A stretch of DNA of 59,405 nucleotides, filler included, from Sphacelaria rigidula (Eukaryota): NCBI GenBank assembly GCA_964200075.2. It is 9 parts of 9 records of this genome, joined end to end, with 100 filler letters (N's around TTAATTAATTAA, not from the genome) between each part and the next. Parts side by side here need not be neighbours in the genome. Positions count along the whole stretch, not along the records: positions 6,613 to 13,124 come from CAXNAA020019624.1; positions 13,225 to 19,736 come from CAXNAA020019625.1; positions 19,837 to 26,348 come from CAXNAA020019626.1; 6 more parts are not named here. The stretch is one strand, 5' to 3'. The notes under the pieces are model-generated. The model was given only the letters and a program-made list of their open reading frames with translations, was not told the origin of the DNA and made no database searches. Positions 12,570 through 24,531 of the stretch are shown here, piece after piece. Each line of letters opens with the position of its first letter. Position 1 is the first letter of the stretch. The position numbers and the translations under genes were made by a program.

Positions 12570-14068
12570 ACTCGGTAACTGCGGATGTACCTGCTATGGA
12601 CGTTTCACGCGCCTCGAAGAAGGGCGACGCTCAGCCCGGTCCGATAGCCCTTGCCCTAGTACTTACCACCATTGTATCCCCACGACGGGTTTCCTATCGA
12701 GGGAACGTTTTCAACGATGGAAAAGAGGTTCATTTCCCCCGAGTTTTTGCATGTTTTCCATGCGCGTTATTTATATTTCTTTTAATTACTTCTATCGAAA
12801 GTTCAACGACTCCTTCCGTCTCCTTCGTTGTTCGTGTCCATTCCCACATTTGGAAACTGGGCACCCTCTGATCGGCACTGTTGTTGGTCTGTTTGATGAG
12901 ACTTTGGGCCCACACAAGTCCCGACACGATACTGTACTCACCAGGCTGCGCTGCATGTGGACATGGTTTTTCTGTTCGTAGGAGTCACCGTGATGGTACT
13001 GGGCGCTTGTGCTACTTAGCATGAGACTGCCGTCCCCCCCCCGCCCCCCCCCCCCCCCCCCCCCCCCCGCCGAGACACCACCACACGCGCCGCCACGCAG
13101 CGAATAGCAGAAAGGAGAGGAGAGNNNNNNNNNNNNNNNNNNNNNNNNNNNNNNNNNNNNNNNNNNNNTTAATTAATTAANNNNNNNNNNNNNNNNNNNN
13201 NNNNNNNNNNNNNNNNNNNNNNNNGATTTTTGCGCACGATTTTTTGTTCAGCGGCCAATCCCGAAACCTCGGAGCCAAGCGAATCTGAAAAGCAGACTAG
13301 GCTCCTCTCTGTGGGATGATGCAAAGTGTCCGAGACGTGTGTTGGCGCTTTTCCCTGATTGGGGATTAAAAGGTGGGTCAGACGTCCAAAAAGTGAACAA
13401 TCCGTGGGCCAAAAATCTGTTTGCCATAATAACACCCGGCCTAACCTAAATGCAGTTTCCCTCTTGTTTCTTATTATTCCTGACTGGCGAGCAACTCCCA
13501 CATAGATATAAAACTATAGTACAAGGAAAGTGAAAAAAACCGCGTCGAAGTCACTGCTGTGTCATACACTGCTATCACTTCCGTAACAGTCCGCAGCCGC
13601 GAGGCACAGGAATAATACAGTAAACATTACCATAGCTAGGCCATTCTAAAAACAGATTTATAGGCGAAAGTTTCACTGCCGTATCTCATCGACAGAGGCG
13701 ATTTGGGCCGTGATCTGCATATGTATATATATAATATATATATCGTACACCTCTCATTCAAACTATAAGCTATAGCTTGGGCTGTTTTGGGGTATTTCTC
13801 GCGTACCACTCTTCGATAGACCTCGAAAGCGCTAGCGTCGGTAGATTTTGGTAAAATAAACAACATATCGTCCTCGAAGCACAGTGCCCGAGTTAGTTTT
13901 AATTGGTGTTATCGGGCGATACGAGTTGATATCCAGTTTATCGGGAGGGTGTTATTGACCGTGAAACACAGTTTTTCGGCTCTAGTGCAACGAGTAGGTG
14001 GAGTCTAAAAAAAAGCCTTTTTCATTTCTTCACAAATACGATCGGGACAGGGTTGATTGGCAACAGCT

Positions 14069-14510
14069 AGCCAATCATCGAAATTGAGGATGGATCTTTT
14101 CATTGAGGATGATAACCCGGGGGATTAAGATCTTCGTATGTACTCAAACCAAACCTTCAAAACATTTTTCCATTCCTTCACCTACTGGTAGCTATTGATG
14201 ACTTCTACACACGCCATACGAATTCGGATTTCGACAACCGTTATGTTGGGGTCCTAGATGAATGAACCATTTTGAGGACTTCAGGTGATACGATCGGATC
14301 GCCAAAATTCTCCGAGAGTAGTTTTTCACCTAGGACCTCAACATTTCGGGTATTGAAATCCAAATTCGTATGGCGTGTAGCACTTGTCAAAAGCCACCAG
14401 TGGGTGAAGGAGTTGAACCATATTTCGAATATTTGGTTTGAATACATACGAAGATTTTTATCTTCAGGTCATCCTTAATGAAAATCCATCCTCAATTTCG
14501 ATGATCGGCT
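14069..14510. mobile_element. Foldback MITE, imperfectly palindromic over most of ~440 bp; a related end starts near 38997
   Basis: AGCCAATCATCGAAATTGAGGATGGAT / ATCCATCCTCAATTTCGATGATCGGCT ends; inner pairs atcttcgtatgta/tacatacgaagat, acacgccatacgaatt/aattcgtatggcgtgt, ggtcctag/ctaggacc. Confidence 0.8.
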
Positions 14511-14984
14511 GTTTGACCGAAAACACCGAAGATCGAGTCAGAAACTGAGGCTGAAAAGTGGTGGGGCCTCCGATGACTGGTCAGTCCGTAAGCCACTTAA
14601 TATTGAATACAGATGATTTTTTTTCTTGGAATGTGGAGCGGATATTAGTATATCTTCAGATACCCAATGTGATGAGCGATGACAAGCGAAAGGACCAAAG
14701 ATAATCGCCACTTATGAATAAAATGTATAGACCCTACTTTCAACCTGAGGTACTCTGTTATCTTGTTTGTCGCCTCATCAAGCGGAAGACGCCCGCCATC
14801 CGTCATCTGTATCTACTCAAAAGCCTGGGCCATTTTTTTTCGTTGATTAAAAGACCTGTCGAGTAATTCCTATACCGTACTACGTATGGCGATAACAGGT
14901 TCCGAACTAAAGACTTTTTTTTAAACCCCGAAGAATGTATATATGTACATCGTGGGTAGAGCTATAACTAACACCCTCTCCAGC

Positions 14985-17900
14985 TCTGTTCAACGTTGTT
15001 AACAGAGCTGTACATACCGTGTCGTACGTCTTCAATCAGGACTCCGAATATGATACCACTGTCTCAAAATACCCTCATCCTACTCTTCATACGGGGAAAA
15101 TCTACTCAGCAGGACTACAACCGGATCTACTGCTCTCATGTCACTCACTCATCATTCACCGATGTTTTTTACTCCAACTTCATCAAATAACCATCACCTA
15201 TCGATAATCATGGTGCACTTCATCACTTTCTCTCCCCAAAGCCCTCGTCAAAATGTCTGCGTGTCGTTGCTCTGTTTGCAGCATGACTAATTTGTATGTC
15301 TTTGCAACTACTAAGCAAATCACGCAAGAAGTTACGCCTAAAATCTGTGCTTCGAGTTCGAAGGCCTCAGAGGGTTAGTGGCTAGTTGAACGGCTCCAAC
15401 ATTTTTCTCTAACACGCTTTTGTGAGTACTCCTTGACAAGTAAAGACTCCGTGACACCGCCACCCATTGCTACACATTCTGCCTCCCTAGCAGACAGAGT
15501 GACATGCTTATGTGTCCTGGAATACCACACATGACTGCGCCACCATGCACTGATCGCCTGTCAGTTTCTGCACTAGATTAGTCAGCATCTGCACTTGTAT
15601 CTACTGTGAAGTCGACACCCGAGCCTCTCTCAAACCGAAGGCCCAAGCCATTTGTTGAATTTGGGTGAGTCATCATTTTTTAACAGTTTTCCAATGCTCG
15701 GGCTTGAGATCGTGTGAATAACGCACCAGCGCTCGAAATGCACAAAACATCTCGTTGCGACTAAAAATTTGGTTCTTCACCACCCCTCTAAACAGCAATC
15801 TCTCATGATCACATTTTCCCGTGATATCCCTGAGGAAAGTTGACGGAGAGGCAGGAATGGGGCTCATGGAACAGACATCAAAAACGGGAAAACATGTCGT
15901 AAGGGAATGTAATCTGTAAAATCTCCAACGAACCTTTCTCCTTATCTTGCCTGTATTCACACCCAGTGTACCATGTTATTTCTGCAAGGATCTAAGCTGG
16001 AAACGACCTGTTCGAGTCAGTGCACAGAGTGTCGCCATCTTTCGTACTCCCTGCAACGATCATATCATCCACATGAACCATTACCATTAACCTTAGTTTC
16101 CCGTCAATTATCAAGCGGAAAACGCATGGATAAACGGCACACCGTTCGAAGCCTAGTTCCTTCAACTCAGACGCTAGAAATTGGTACCACTGCCTCGACC
16201 CCAGCGTAAAATCTTATAATGTTTTATTGAATAGTACCGTTTCCCCTAAAAAACTACCACACCCTCGCGGTAATTTTATATAAATCTCAATATCAAGATC
16301 ACACTGAATAAACGCTTGTTCTACATCAAAACGCTATAGACCCAAACCGGACTCACAAGTAATGAAAGCGACTACTCTTACAGATGTTGCAGATGGAGTT
16401 GGAGCACAGATCTCGAAAGAATCAATACCGGCTTGTTGGCTGTATCCTTTTGCTACAAGCCTTGCCTTCCCTTTCACAACGTCTCTCTTTTATCTTATTT
16501 CCAGCTTTACATCCATCCAACCCTTGCTACCTTACGATCTGTCGGGCTACTACTACCAGCATCAAAAGTTCCTGCAGCGACAAGGCCTTCGAATTCATTC
16601 TCCATACATTCTCTACTTACACTGCTTTACTTTAATCTGCATGACTCAGCATAAGATATGGGCTCTGGATCGAGATCTTCCACTGGGCATGTAAGGAGTT
16701 TCGTGAACCTATCTATTGCATCACACTCAGCTACTAAGCTACTTACCACTCCAGCAACAAAACTCGTACCTGCCATACCTATGGCAGCTAACGGCCCATT
16801 GAGGGCACGGGTCTGAGCTCTCGTCCTGCCCTCGCTACACTCATCATCCTTGGGACCAGGGTTAACGCTACCGACCTGTCGTATCGCCAACGGAACTTCA
16901 TTGATATCATTCTGCTCTGACTCCTCAGATTCAACATCAGACGAATCACTCTCCTGACCAGTTCATTACTCCTGCTTCGAGGTATCATTCACAGATGCGT
17001 CTATCGATTGTGACATATTGTCCATGGAGTTAGTCCCTTCTTCTGAAGGTAAAGACTCATCGTCATCACCTTTTTCTTGGCGTGTATTCTCTAGCGTATG
17101 ATACACCTCGGCCCTCGACAGTGGACTAGGGACAGGAGAATCCGGAGCTTTTACCACTAAGCCTTCCCTACCATGTGGCATCTCTCGTAATCACTACTAT
17201 ACTATTGCGTACCAACACTCACCTGAAACCGCGGGGGTGGTCAATTGGTAGTTACAAAAAAAAGGAGTTCTACCTTGGGCGCACTCTTCGATTGCTTGTG
17301 TACTCTACAAAAACATGGACGTAGAAAAGGAAATAGTTGGAGTGGTGCTGCGAAACCATCCCAAATCTCCAAAGCAGTCACTATCTTCAGGGTTGCTAGC
17401 CGTGACAATTCTATTTGCAACATCACACACTCACTTTACTGACTCTGCCCACATTGCCTGTGTGGCAGATCTACCCCTGGAAAGAGGACAGGTGTTTGAG
17501 TACACCCCGCTAACACTACCGATTGGATGATACCTGGTGCTCGTTCTACACCATTGAATTGCGGACGATTTCCAGTGGTTAGTTCTCGTTTGATGGAGTG
17601 TTTTAGACACGCTCTCTGTAACGTCTGACTCGTACTCGATTTTCCATCATCTGATCTTACGGATTCTGGAGTACCCACAGGCCTAACACGTGCTAGAAAC
17701 TTCTGGAACGCCTCATGAACTTCACTCTTACTCTTCAAACGAGAATGCTCGTGGAAGATCTTGTATAACAGTCTCCAACAACCACGGTGTATCTTTTACC
17801 TTCTTTACTTGGAATCGGCTTCGGGCCACTCAAATCTACGAAAACTCTACCAAGCCTTTAATCAGACCGACTAGTAGTATGCGAGGAAATTGCCTTACGA

Positions 17901-19380
17901 TAGGCTTTTGGAATTGAACCATTGAACACCGCGTGCATGGCTCCAACTCGTTGATAAGCTTCACAACTGACTATTTTGCTGTATCGCGTAATAATCCTGC
18001 ATGGGAGTCATAACTGCAGTGAAAATCGTCAGTGTCCACCGAGATCATACCCTTCTCAGGGCCGGGGGCGGTTGGCCATAGAGACTGACCTGCGATCTGA
18101 CACCGATCGATGAAAATCTTTCACCACGGTAAACAAAGTGCAAACCTTCATCGAACAAGCACTACTCTATCTTTAGCTACAGATTCCAGAATCGCTCATC
18201 TCTACAAGGGAGAACAAATTGTACGCAATTGCTGGTAAGCATGCAACATTGTGTAGGGTCACGCCCATGCATCTTTCCGTCAACACTATAAAAACATGAC
18301 ATGTAAACTACCACAATCCTTCTCTAACCAGGTGCTCATCATTCGCAATCGTAATTGCATTCTCCTTCAACACGAGATCGTACATGTGTAGTGGGGAATT
18401 AGTCATATGGAACGTGGGCGCCACAATTACTAGTCCACTGTTCAGACACATTATTGGGCCATCGAGATTTTGTTCACCTTCACCACTTTTCATGAATCCT
18501 ACCATTGCCATCTGATTACCCTTACTTGCAGTACGTCCTCCAGCAGCTGTACTCTCCGGTCCAGGTGTAGCGGGCGCTATAGTCACGCTCACGAGCGGTG
18601 CTGTTACCACTGCTTTGCAGTCAGCAACGATGTGTTGAATACTGTGGCATCTGGAACACGTTCGCCGCCTGCTACCTCGATCGTTTCCACGACCGCCGTA
18701 TCCCCGGCCGCCGCCACGACCTCCACCACGACCTCCGCCGCGGCCTCTTCACGGCAACTGCCACGGACGCGACCACCACCACTGTTACCATGGGTACTAC
18801 CATCGCTACCTGCGAACAGGGCATGGTTACTGCTTCTGCCGTTGTGTGATTTTGGTATTCTAGGGTATCTCTCGTTTTTTACTTTCTCTTCTTCACGCCG
18901 CGAGATACTAAAACGTTTTAGTACATCACTTCCATCGCATAGTCGAGTGTGAGACCGTGTACGGTATAATGATGTCGTTCACTCCATCGACGTCCTTGAC
19001 TACTCCGACACCAGCGAGATTGACCACTGCTTGATCAACACGTTGATAGTACGTGGCCGGGGGTTATCTTCGCTCACTGATCCACACAGGTCGGTGGGCA
19101 TCGCCGGGACACCTCAACCTGGGTCGGGGGGCTTCATACTTATTTCACGGTGAGGAGAGAAGTGCCGACGCAGCACGTAGAGACGGAGTCGAAGTATACC
19201 GCGATGATGAAACGTTTCGCCAACCTCTCAGGTCGACCACTTACACGAGTAACGAATCAACTGGGCATTGCGTAGCAGGATCAAGTAGCATCAACCCGTT
19301 GTATCCACGTCGTGATCGCAGGTGGTTAGTAGCTCCGAGGACAGGTTCGAACTTGAGTACAGAGATACCAGTATTAAGTA
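14985..19380 (-). mobile_element. Decayed Ty1/Copia LTR retrotransposon (gag-PR-IN-RT-RH), pseudogenised
   Basis: Minus-strand fragments in Copia order: gag-like region with an RG/G-rich linker (about 19300-18650), integrase KSKSEVHEAFQKFL...VRSDDGK...PQFNGVER (17436-17738), RT-like fragments (about 16700-15650), RNase H-like ADAD..DRRS and QLATNP...NSKH (about 15600-15330), purine tract GGGGAGAGAAAG near 15226-15237. Many stops and frameshifts; LTR limits approximate. Confidence 0.88.
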
Positions 19381-20084
19381 TTCATAACTTGACCATTGAT
19401 GATAAAAACATCACTCAACTCCTAAAATTGGCACCAACAAGTCATTTTGTCTCCCGCAACCAATTGTCCGGAGTAGCCCTCCCCAACACAGGGAAACACA
19501 TAAGTATCGAAATCCCACTCGAAAACGATCACAATTTGACGGTTCGTAACGGTGCCCAAAATACGTTTAATAGTACAAAGGTATCGACACGTTGCGCTTG
19601 ATTGTTGTTGATATCTGTGTAAATCCACCGTCTTCATCTTTTTTTTTTTTTTTTTTTTTTTCCCTATTCCTTTTTTTTTTTCTTTTTTTTCATGTTTCTT
19701 GATGCTTTCACCAGGCTTATATTTTCACGTGGTCAGNNNNNNNNNNNNNNNNNNNNNNNNNNNNNNNNNNNNNNNNNNNNTTAATTAATTAANNNNNNNN
19801 NNNNNNNNNNNNNNNNNNNNNNNNNNNNNNNNNNNNGTTTTTTTTTGTTACCGTTTTACGGGGGTCCGATAGGCTCGAGGTTTCCCCCTGAAAACTGGGA
19901 CCCCCGAAAAACGGTGAAAAGGGTCAAGAAAATAAAAAATAAACCTATTCCTGCAAAGTTGCGTAGTGATCTATAGAACGTTCGAACAAAATTTAAGGGT
20001 CTAACTCCTTAAAATGGCGTGAGGTTTCGCCGATGAGTGTTTTTTGGGTGATGAACTTGAACCAGCCTGTAGAGCGTGTTTCAA

Positions 20085-20152
20085 TTCCGTTTCTCTTGAG
20101 TACGTCTATCATGACACCACGGCTGGACCCCTGGGGGGTCAGTTGAAGTGCG

Positions 20153-20182
<30 letters not shown>
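20085..20182 (+). mobile_element. 3' end of an (AATC)n-tailed retroposon family; related pieces near 50560-50700 (+), 58010-58220 (+), 47835-48040 (-), 52920-53130 (-), 53470-53760 (-)
   Basis: Shared motif (g)tgacmccggctggrtcc....ggg.tc.gttgaagtgcgac directly followed by AATC repeats and preceded by a T/C-rich body. Confidence 0.7.
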
Positions 20183-20183
<1 letters not shown>

Positions 20184-20472
20184 GCCTGGGGCACACAGGA
20201 GGAAGGCCAACACAGGATATTTTTAATGTGTTATTAGTTCTCCACTTTCCTTCTGCGGTGCTTGCCCTATTTTTTATCGCGGGAGGGGTTCAGTGGTCCC
20301 TCTCCCTCGTCAACCGTGATGTCGAATTTTGTGCACTCATGACGTAGTCGCTCTCCACAGTTGAGCATGGTGTGAAAAAAAATCTCAGATCGTGTGACTG
20401 CACTGAGATTCGAACCCACGACCCAGCCATCAGAAGATGTCGAGGTTACCAACTGAGCCAGCGGGACGGCCG
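20182..20472 (-). mobile_element. tRNA-derived SINE copy with intact head
   Basis: Reverse complement reads CGGCCGTCCCGCTGGCTCAGTTGGTAACC...GTCGTGGGTTCGAATCTCAGTGCAGTCAC (pol III A and B boxes) and continues into the shared body. Confidence 0.88.
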
Positions 20473-22252
20473 TATTCCATATATAAGGCAATAGTTTATC
20501 AAGATATACTTCATGTAGGACAACCTACTGTAGCACCGTTGCCGAGCATATGATGTGCACGGCCAGACATCATGTTAAGGGCACGCAATGGGTAACCGAT
20601 GAATTGCCATCTATACTCTGTCCATGGGATATCCTCGATTGAGAAAGCACGATGCTGTACTGCGCTGTGCAGTACTGGTATGTGTGCCGAGCAAATCATG
20701 CTGAGTCTGCGGCATGACGTCTCTCAGCAGCCAGTTCGTATTCAGTGTTTGGGTCTGTCGAATCACTTAATCTGTGCCTTGCCTTGGACATCCCTGAGTT
20801 TTCGTTCACTTATTCTTGAAGAAATGAAGCCCGTCGCTATTTATGATCACATCAAAGCGGCGGGATGATGATGCTCACCATACTCATGTCCCAAGAGCTC
20901 GAAACGACTCGCTATACGGCTTCTTTCGTGTGTGGACGCGCTTGTCTAACAGTTTCCCTGCGGTAAATGGCAGATGGCCGTAAGAATAGCATGGCATGGG
21001 ACGCTACGTTTGTAACCAACTCCCATCTGTCTCCAAGTGGGCGAAACATTTCCATTTCTGAAAACGTAAAAATAAGACCGAAAAACATGCTTGTATGACC
21101 AATTTTCAAACGCAGATGCTACGGACGAGGAGCAAACCAGCGATGACGAAGCGCCGGAAGAAGTGAGCACGGCCGCGGCCACAGCCCTTGCTGGGAGTCG
21201 CAGGAAAGCCGAGCTAGAGGCACGGAAAGCGGCACCGAAGAGGAAGCGAGCGAGAGCAACATCCAAAGCCAGTAAGGCCATACAAGGTCAGCATTTCAGA
21301 GGATGAGGAGGCAGGGGAGCGCGAAAAATGTGCTGAGCGTTCCTGATTCGGGAGCTGTTTGAGCCCTGGTGACCATGGGGTGCTATCGTATGTACGAAGT
21401 AGTTGCAAAAGTGTTGGCCAACGCCCATCGCTCATATTATGAAAGGCCAGAAGCTCTTGCAGAATAGCCCGCTCCATTCGGCCTACTACTACGCGATACT
21501 GCGTTTCTGCTAGTGTTTGGGGTGATCGATTTATGTCGGGAGCACACAGACTACCACAATAGGTACACATGCATGGGGCACTGGTGTAGTTTTAGCCTCT
21601 TGTTTACGTGTGTGTTAGCGTGGGAAAATGCATGGCAGGTCGTACGCACACCCGCACTTTCTTCTCCTTTTTTCTCCAACTTTTGTACACGGAATCAAGC
21701 CTCGCGCCGAAACATCAACCCTGATCCGAACGCCGAAAGCTCCCTTTTCGATTCTGAGAGTGGCAGTTTTGCACACACACAACCGGTGTGATGACCTGTC
21801 CTTGAGGATGCACAATACGCCAATGTGTGGGGTAGCGTCCTGTACGTGCATCACCCATTTTATGATCCCCTCCCTCTACGTACGCCTGTCTCGTGGGGAA
21901 ATTTTACCATATGTTGATCAACGACGGCAAAGGTGCAGATAATCTCGACCCCGGGGTAGATGACAGCAGCGGACTAGAGCTGCCGTCGGAGCTGCTGATG
22001 AAGGTCAAGTCGGGGGGGTTGCAGCGTATAGAGGAACATGCGAGGCAATTGCAAGAAGCTGAGGAATTATCCAAGGCGGAAGACGCGTTAGAAAAGGCTA
22101 CTAGAGCTCAACGCGCGCCGAAAGTTGGAGATATTCCACGAAGGTGCGTCCTAGGCGGCTGCGGCAAACAGAGCTTTCATTTGCTCTTCATGAGGACGGC
22201 TCGGTGTTGAAAAGTAGCTGGCCATGTAGCTAGTGAGGATAGGTGGTTTGAC

Positions 22253-23310
22253 TCAGGGTGGATACGCCGAAGACGAGTCATAGGTTAGTGATGCTGAGCA
22301 TTGTCGTGCTTTCTCCTCTTCAGAGTAGGGCTCGGCGCTTTGTATGATGCCAGAATACGTGAGGGTTACTGTAGTGCCGTCTCTCTCCTGGCAATGCCCG
22401 GAATACAGTGCACCATACTTCAATTCAAGAAGGGGTTCTTTCTGCGATAGCGCCCCCCCCTCCCTGAAAAAAAAACAGCCCAAAACTGGGGCGAAGAAAC
22501 TGGTCATACAGCGCCCGATGTTTGGTTTCAGGCTCCATCAAGCGCTTCATCTGGGCAACAGTGGCGAGAACGAAACCAAGCGTTGAAATTCCCAACTGCT
22601 CATTTTGCTCGGCTTTCTTCATTTCGATCAACGTGTAGAAGGTGTCGAGGACAGATGTAAGGGTGGAGGAATATTGAGCGATCAACCATGATGCACGACA
22701 ACCTGCATTGCAGTATCCCCCTCATCTGGGGCCATTGATGATGGTACCCACCGCTTTGCTTCCTCTTTTGCTTCCTCTTTGGATGGTCGCTTTCGCTTCT
22801 CACTCCATTTTTCAGTGACAACTTTCGGCTGGTGGTACTCGACCAAGAAGAGGATGGTGATGGGGATGATGCCAGAAGCAAGAGTCATGCCTCAGAAAGT
22901 GCCCGGAATTTTCTCCAACAGCGTATGCAGGCGCAAAAACGCGTCAGTCGCGGCTTGTTTAAGGCGCGCAAGCGTTTAGGCCCGTCGCCGAATTTTTAAT
23001 TATGTTTTCTTCGACAGTGCGGTGGTGTCTTTGTTCTTCCGGTGTCCATTCTTCGATGTTTTTATGTTGACGGACCTCAGTAGCGTTAGCGCTCTGTCCT
23101 CGCTTCCTTCGGTTTGGTGTTGTATCCCGTGGATTTTTTCTTTTTATTTCTTTAGACGATTTGGGTCCCAGATTGCTGGTTTTGATTTCCGATTGCGTGA
23201 TGGTGGCTTCACGAGACCTCAGGCCGTGCGACTAGGCGCTTTATCAGAGAGGACTCGGGGCGTAAGTATTTGCTGGGGTGCGTCGTCAGGTCTTGTTGTC
23301 CATGACTAAG
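22253..23310 (-). pseudogene. Decayed coding sequence of unknown family
   Basis: One frame reads as protein-like text through scattered stops (LARLKQAATDAFLRLHTLLEKIPG...VVTEKWSEKRKRPSKEEAKEEAKRW), then shifts into SVLDTFYTLIEMKKAEQNEQLG...ALYDQFLRP. Confidence 0.35.
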
Positions 23311-23752
23311 GGCTAAGTCACACTTGATCTTTGCATTATCAAAACATTATCGACCAGGAGCAGGAATGATGTTGGAAGTGCGGGAATAATCACATGAGCG
23401 GACGTGACTATCGTTGTAAAGCACAGCCACTCTTGGCTGACAAGGCGATACAACAGACTATGTTGTTGACAAACCAATGGTGAGTCTTGCTGAGCACGTC
23501 GATTATGGTGTCTTCACTGCCAACGATGCTCCACGCTAATTAGTACATCCTTGCTTGTCTAACAGTGAAGAAGGCGTGTTGAACTTGCGGTTCCCGTCTT
23601 CACCGCAACCTTACGATTGCTTCGTCATGCGGTGCGGCACTTGTGAAGGATACCGCAGCATGCCACCACACGCTGTAAACAACACGATAGCGACGCCTTT
23701 CCGGATACATTCCGCGCAAAAAGGACACACAATCGGCAGGATTTTTGGTACG

Positions 23753-24040
23753 TTATTCTACACATATTTCCTTGTACTGCAATACTAAACATGCAACCGA
23801 TCGTGGAGTGCCAATTCCTGTAACGCGACAGAAATTGTGTAAGATTGCTACGGCGAAGACGACCAAGCGTTCTACACAGGGGACATCAGACAGCTGACGT
23901 AGGTAAATACGTATCTCTGTTGCGTGTGCGACCCCGTGTGCTAGAGCAACGCCTCGTCTCGCAGGTATATACCGTAAGCTTGCTTCATTATTACGTCGTG
24001 CTCGTGAAAATATCGTAAATACACTGTCCTGGGCTATCAT
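23753..24040 (-). pseudogene. Possible PIF/Harbinger DDE transposase C-terminal remnant
   Basis: FSRARRNNE...VERLVVFAVAILHNFC resembles the Harbinger SRARRxxE...ACCxLHNF region; the upstream catalytic aspartates could not be recovered by eye. Confidence 0.3.
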
Positions 24041-24500
24041 AGCCAGCTAGCGGGGGGAAATGAAAATGAAGCCCAGACCGGGCCTGGACAATAACAACTC
24101 AAACGATCCAGTCTTGTTGACATCTCTGCTGTAAATGGGGCTTGAGTAGCGCACATGTGTCCACCAACACTAGAAACGACAAATTTAATCCGTTAAAGAC
24201 TCACGGAAAACAACGAAAAAATAGGTGATTTCAGCTTAATTATTATATAACGATCCGTATACCTATGGACTCGGAGCCGGCGGTGGGTTCATATACATGG
24301 CTACGGCAAGGGTGCCCCCCCCCCAAATCCGAGACTCCATGCCCCTTTTTTTTGAATCCTGGAGTGTTTCGGGGGGGGGGGGGGGGGTTACTAAAACCCA
24401 AACATGAAAAAAAAAAAAAAAAAANNNNNNNNNNAAAAAGAGAAAGGAAAAGCCCCCCCCCCCCAAAACCCGGGCCCCCTGCCCCTTTTTTTTGAAAGCT

Positions 24501-24531
<31 letters not shown>

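Noticed and set aside
20385..20472. tRNA gene
   Set aside because: A and B boxes are present, but I could not fold a clean cloverleaf and the head runs into a multi-copy body; it is a SINE head.
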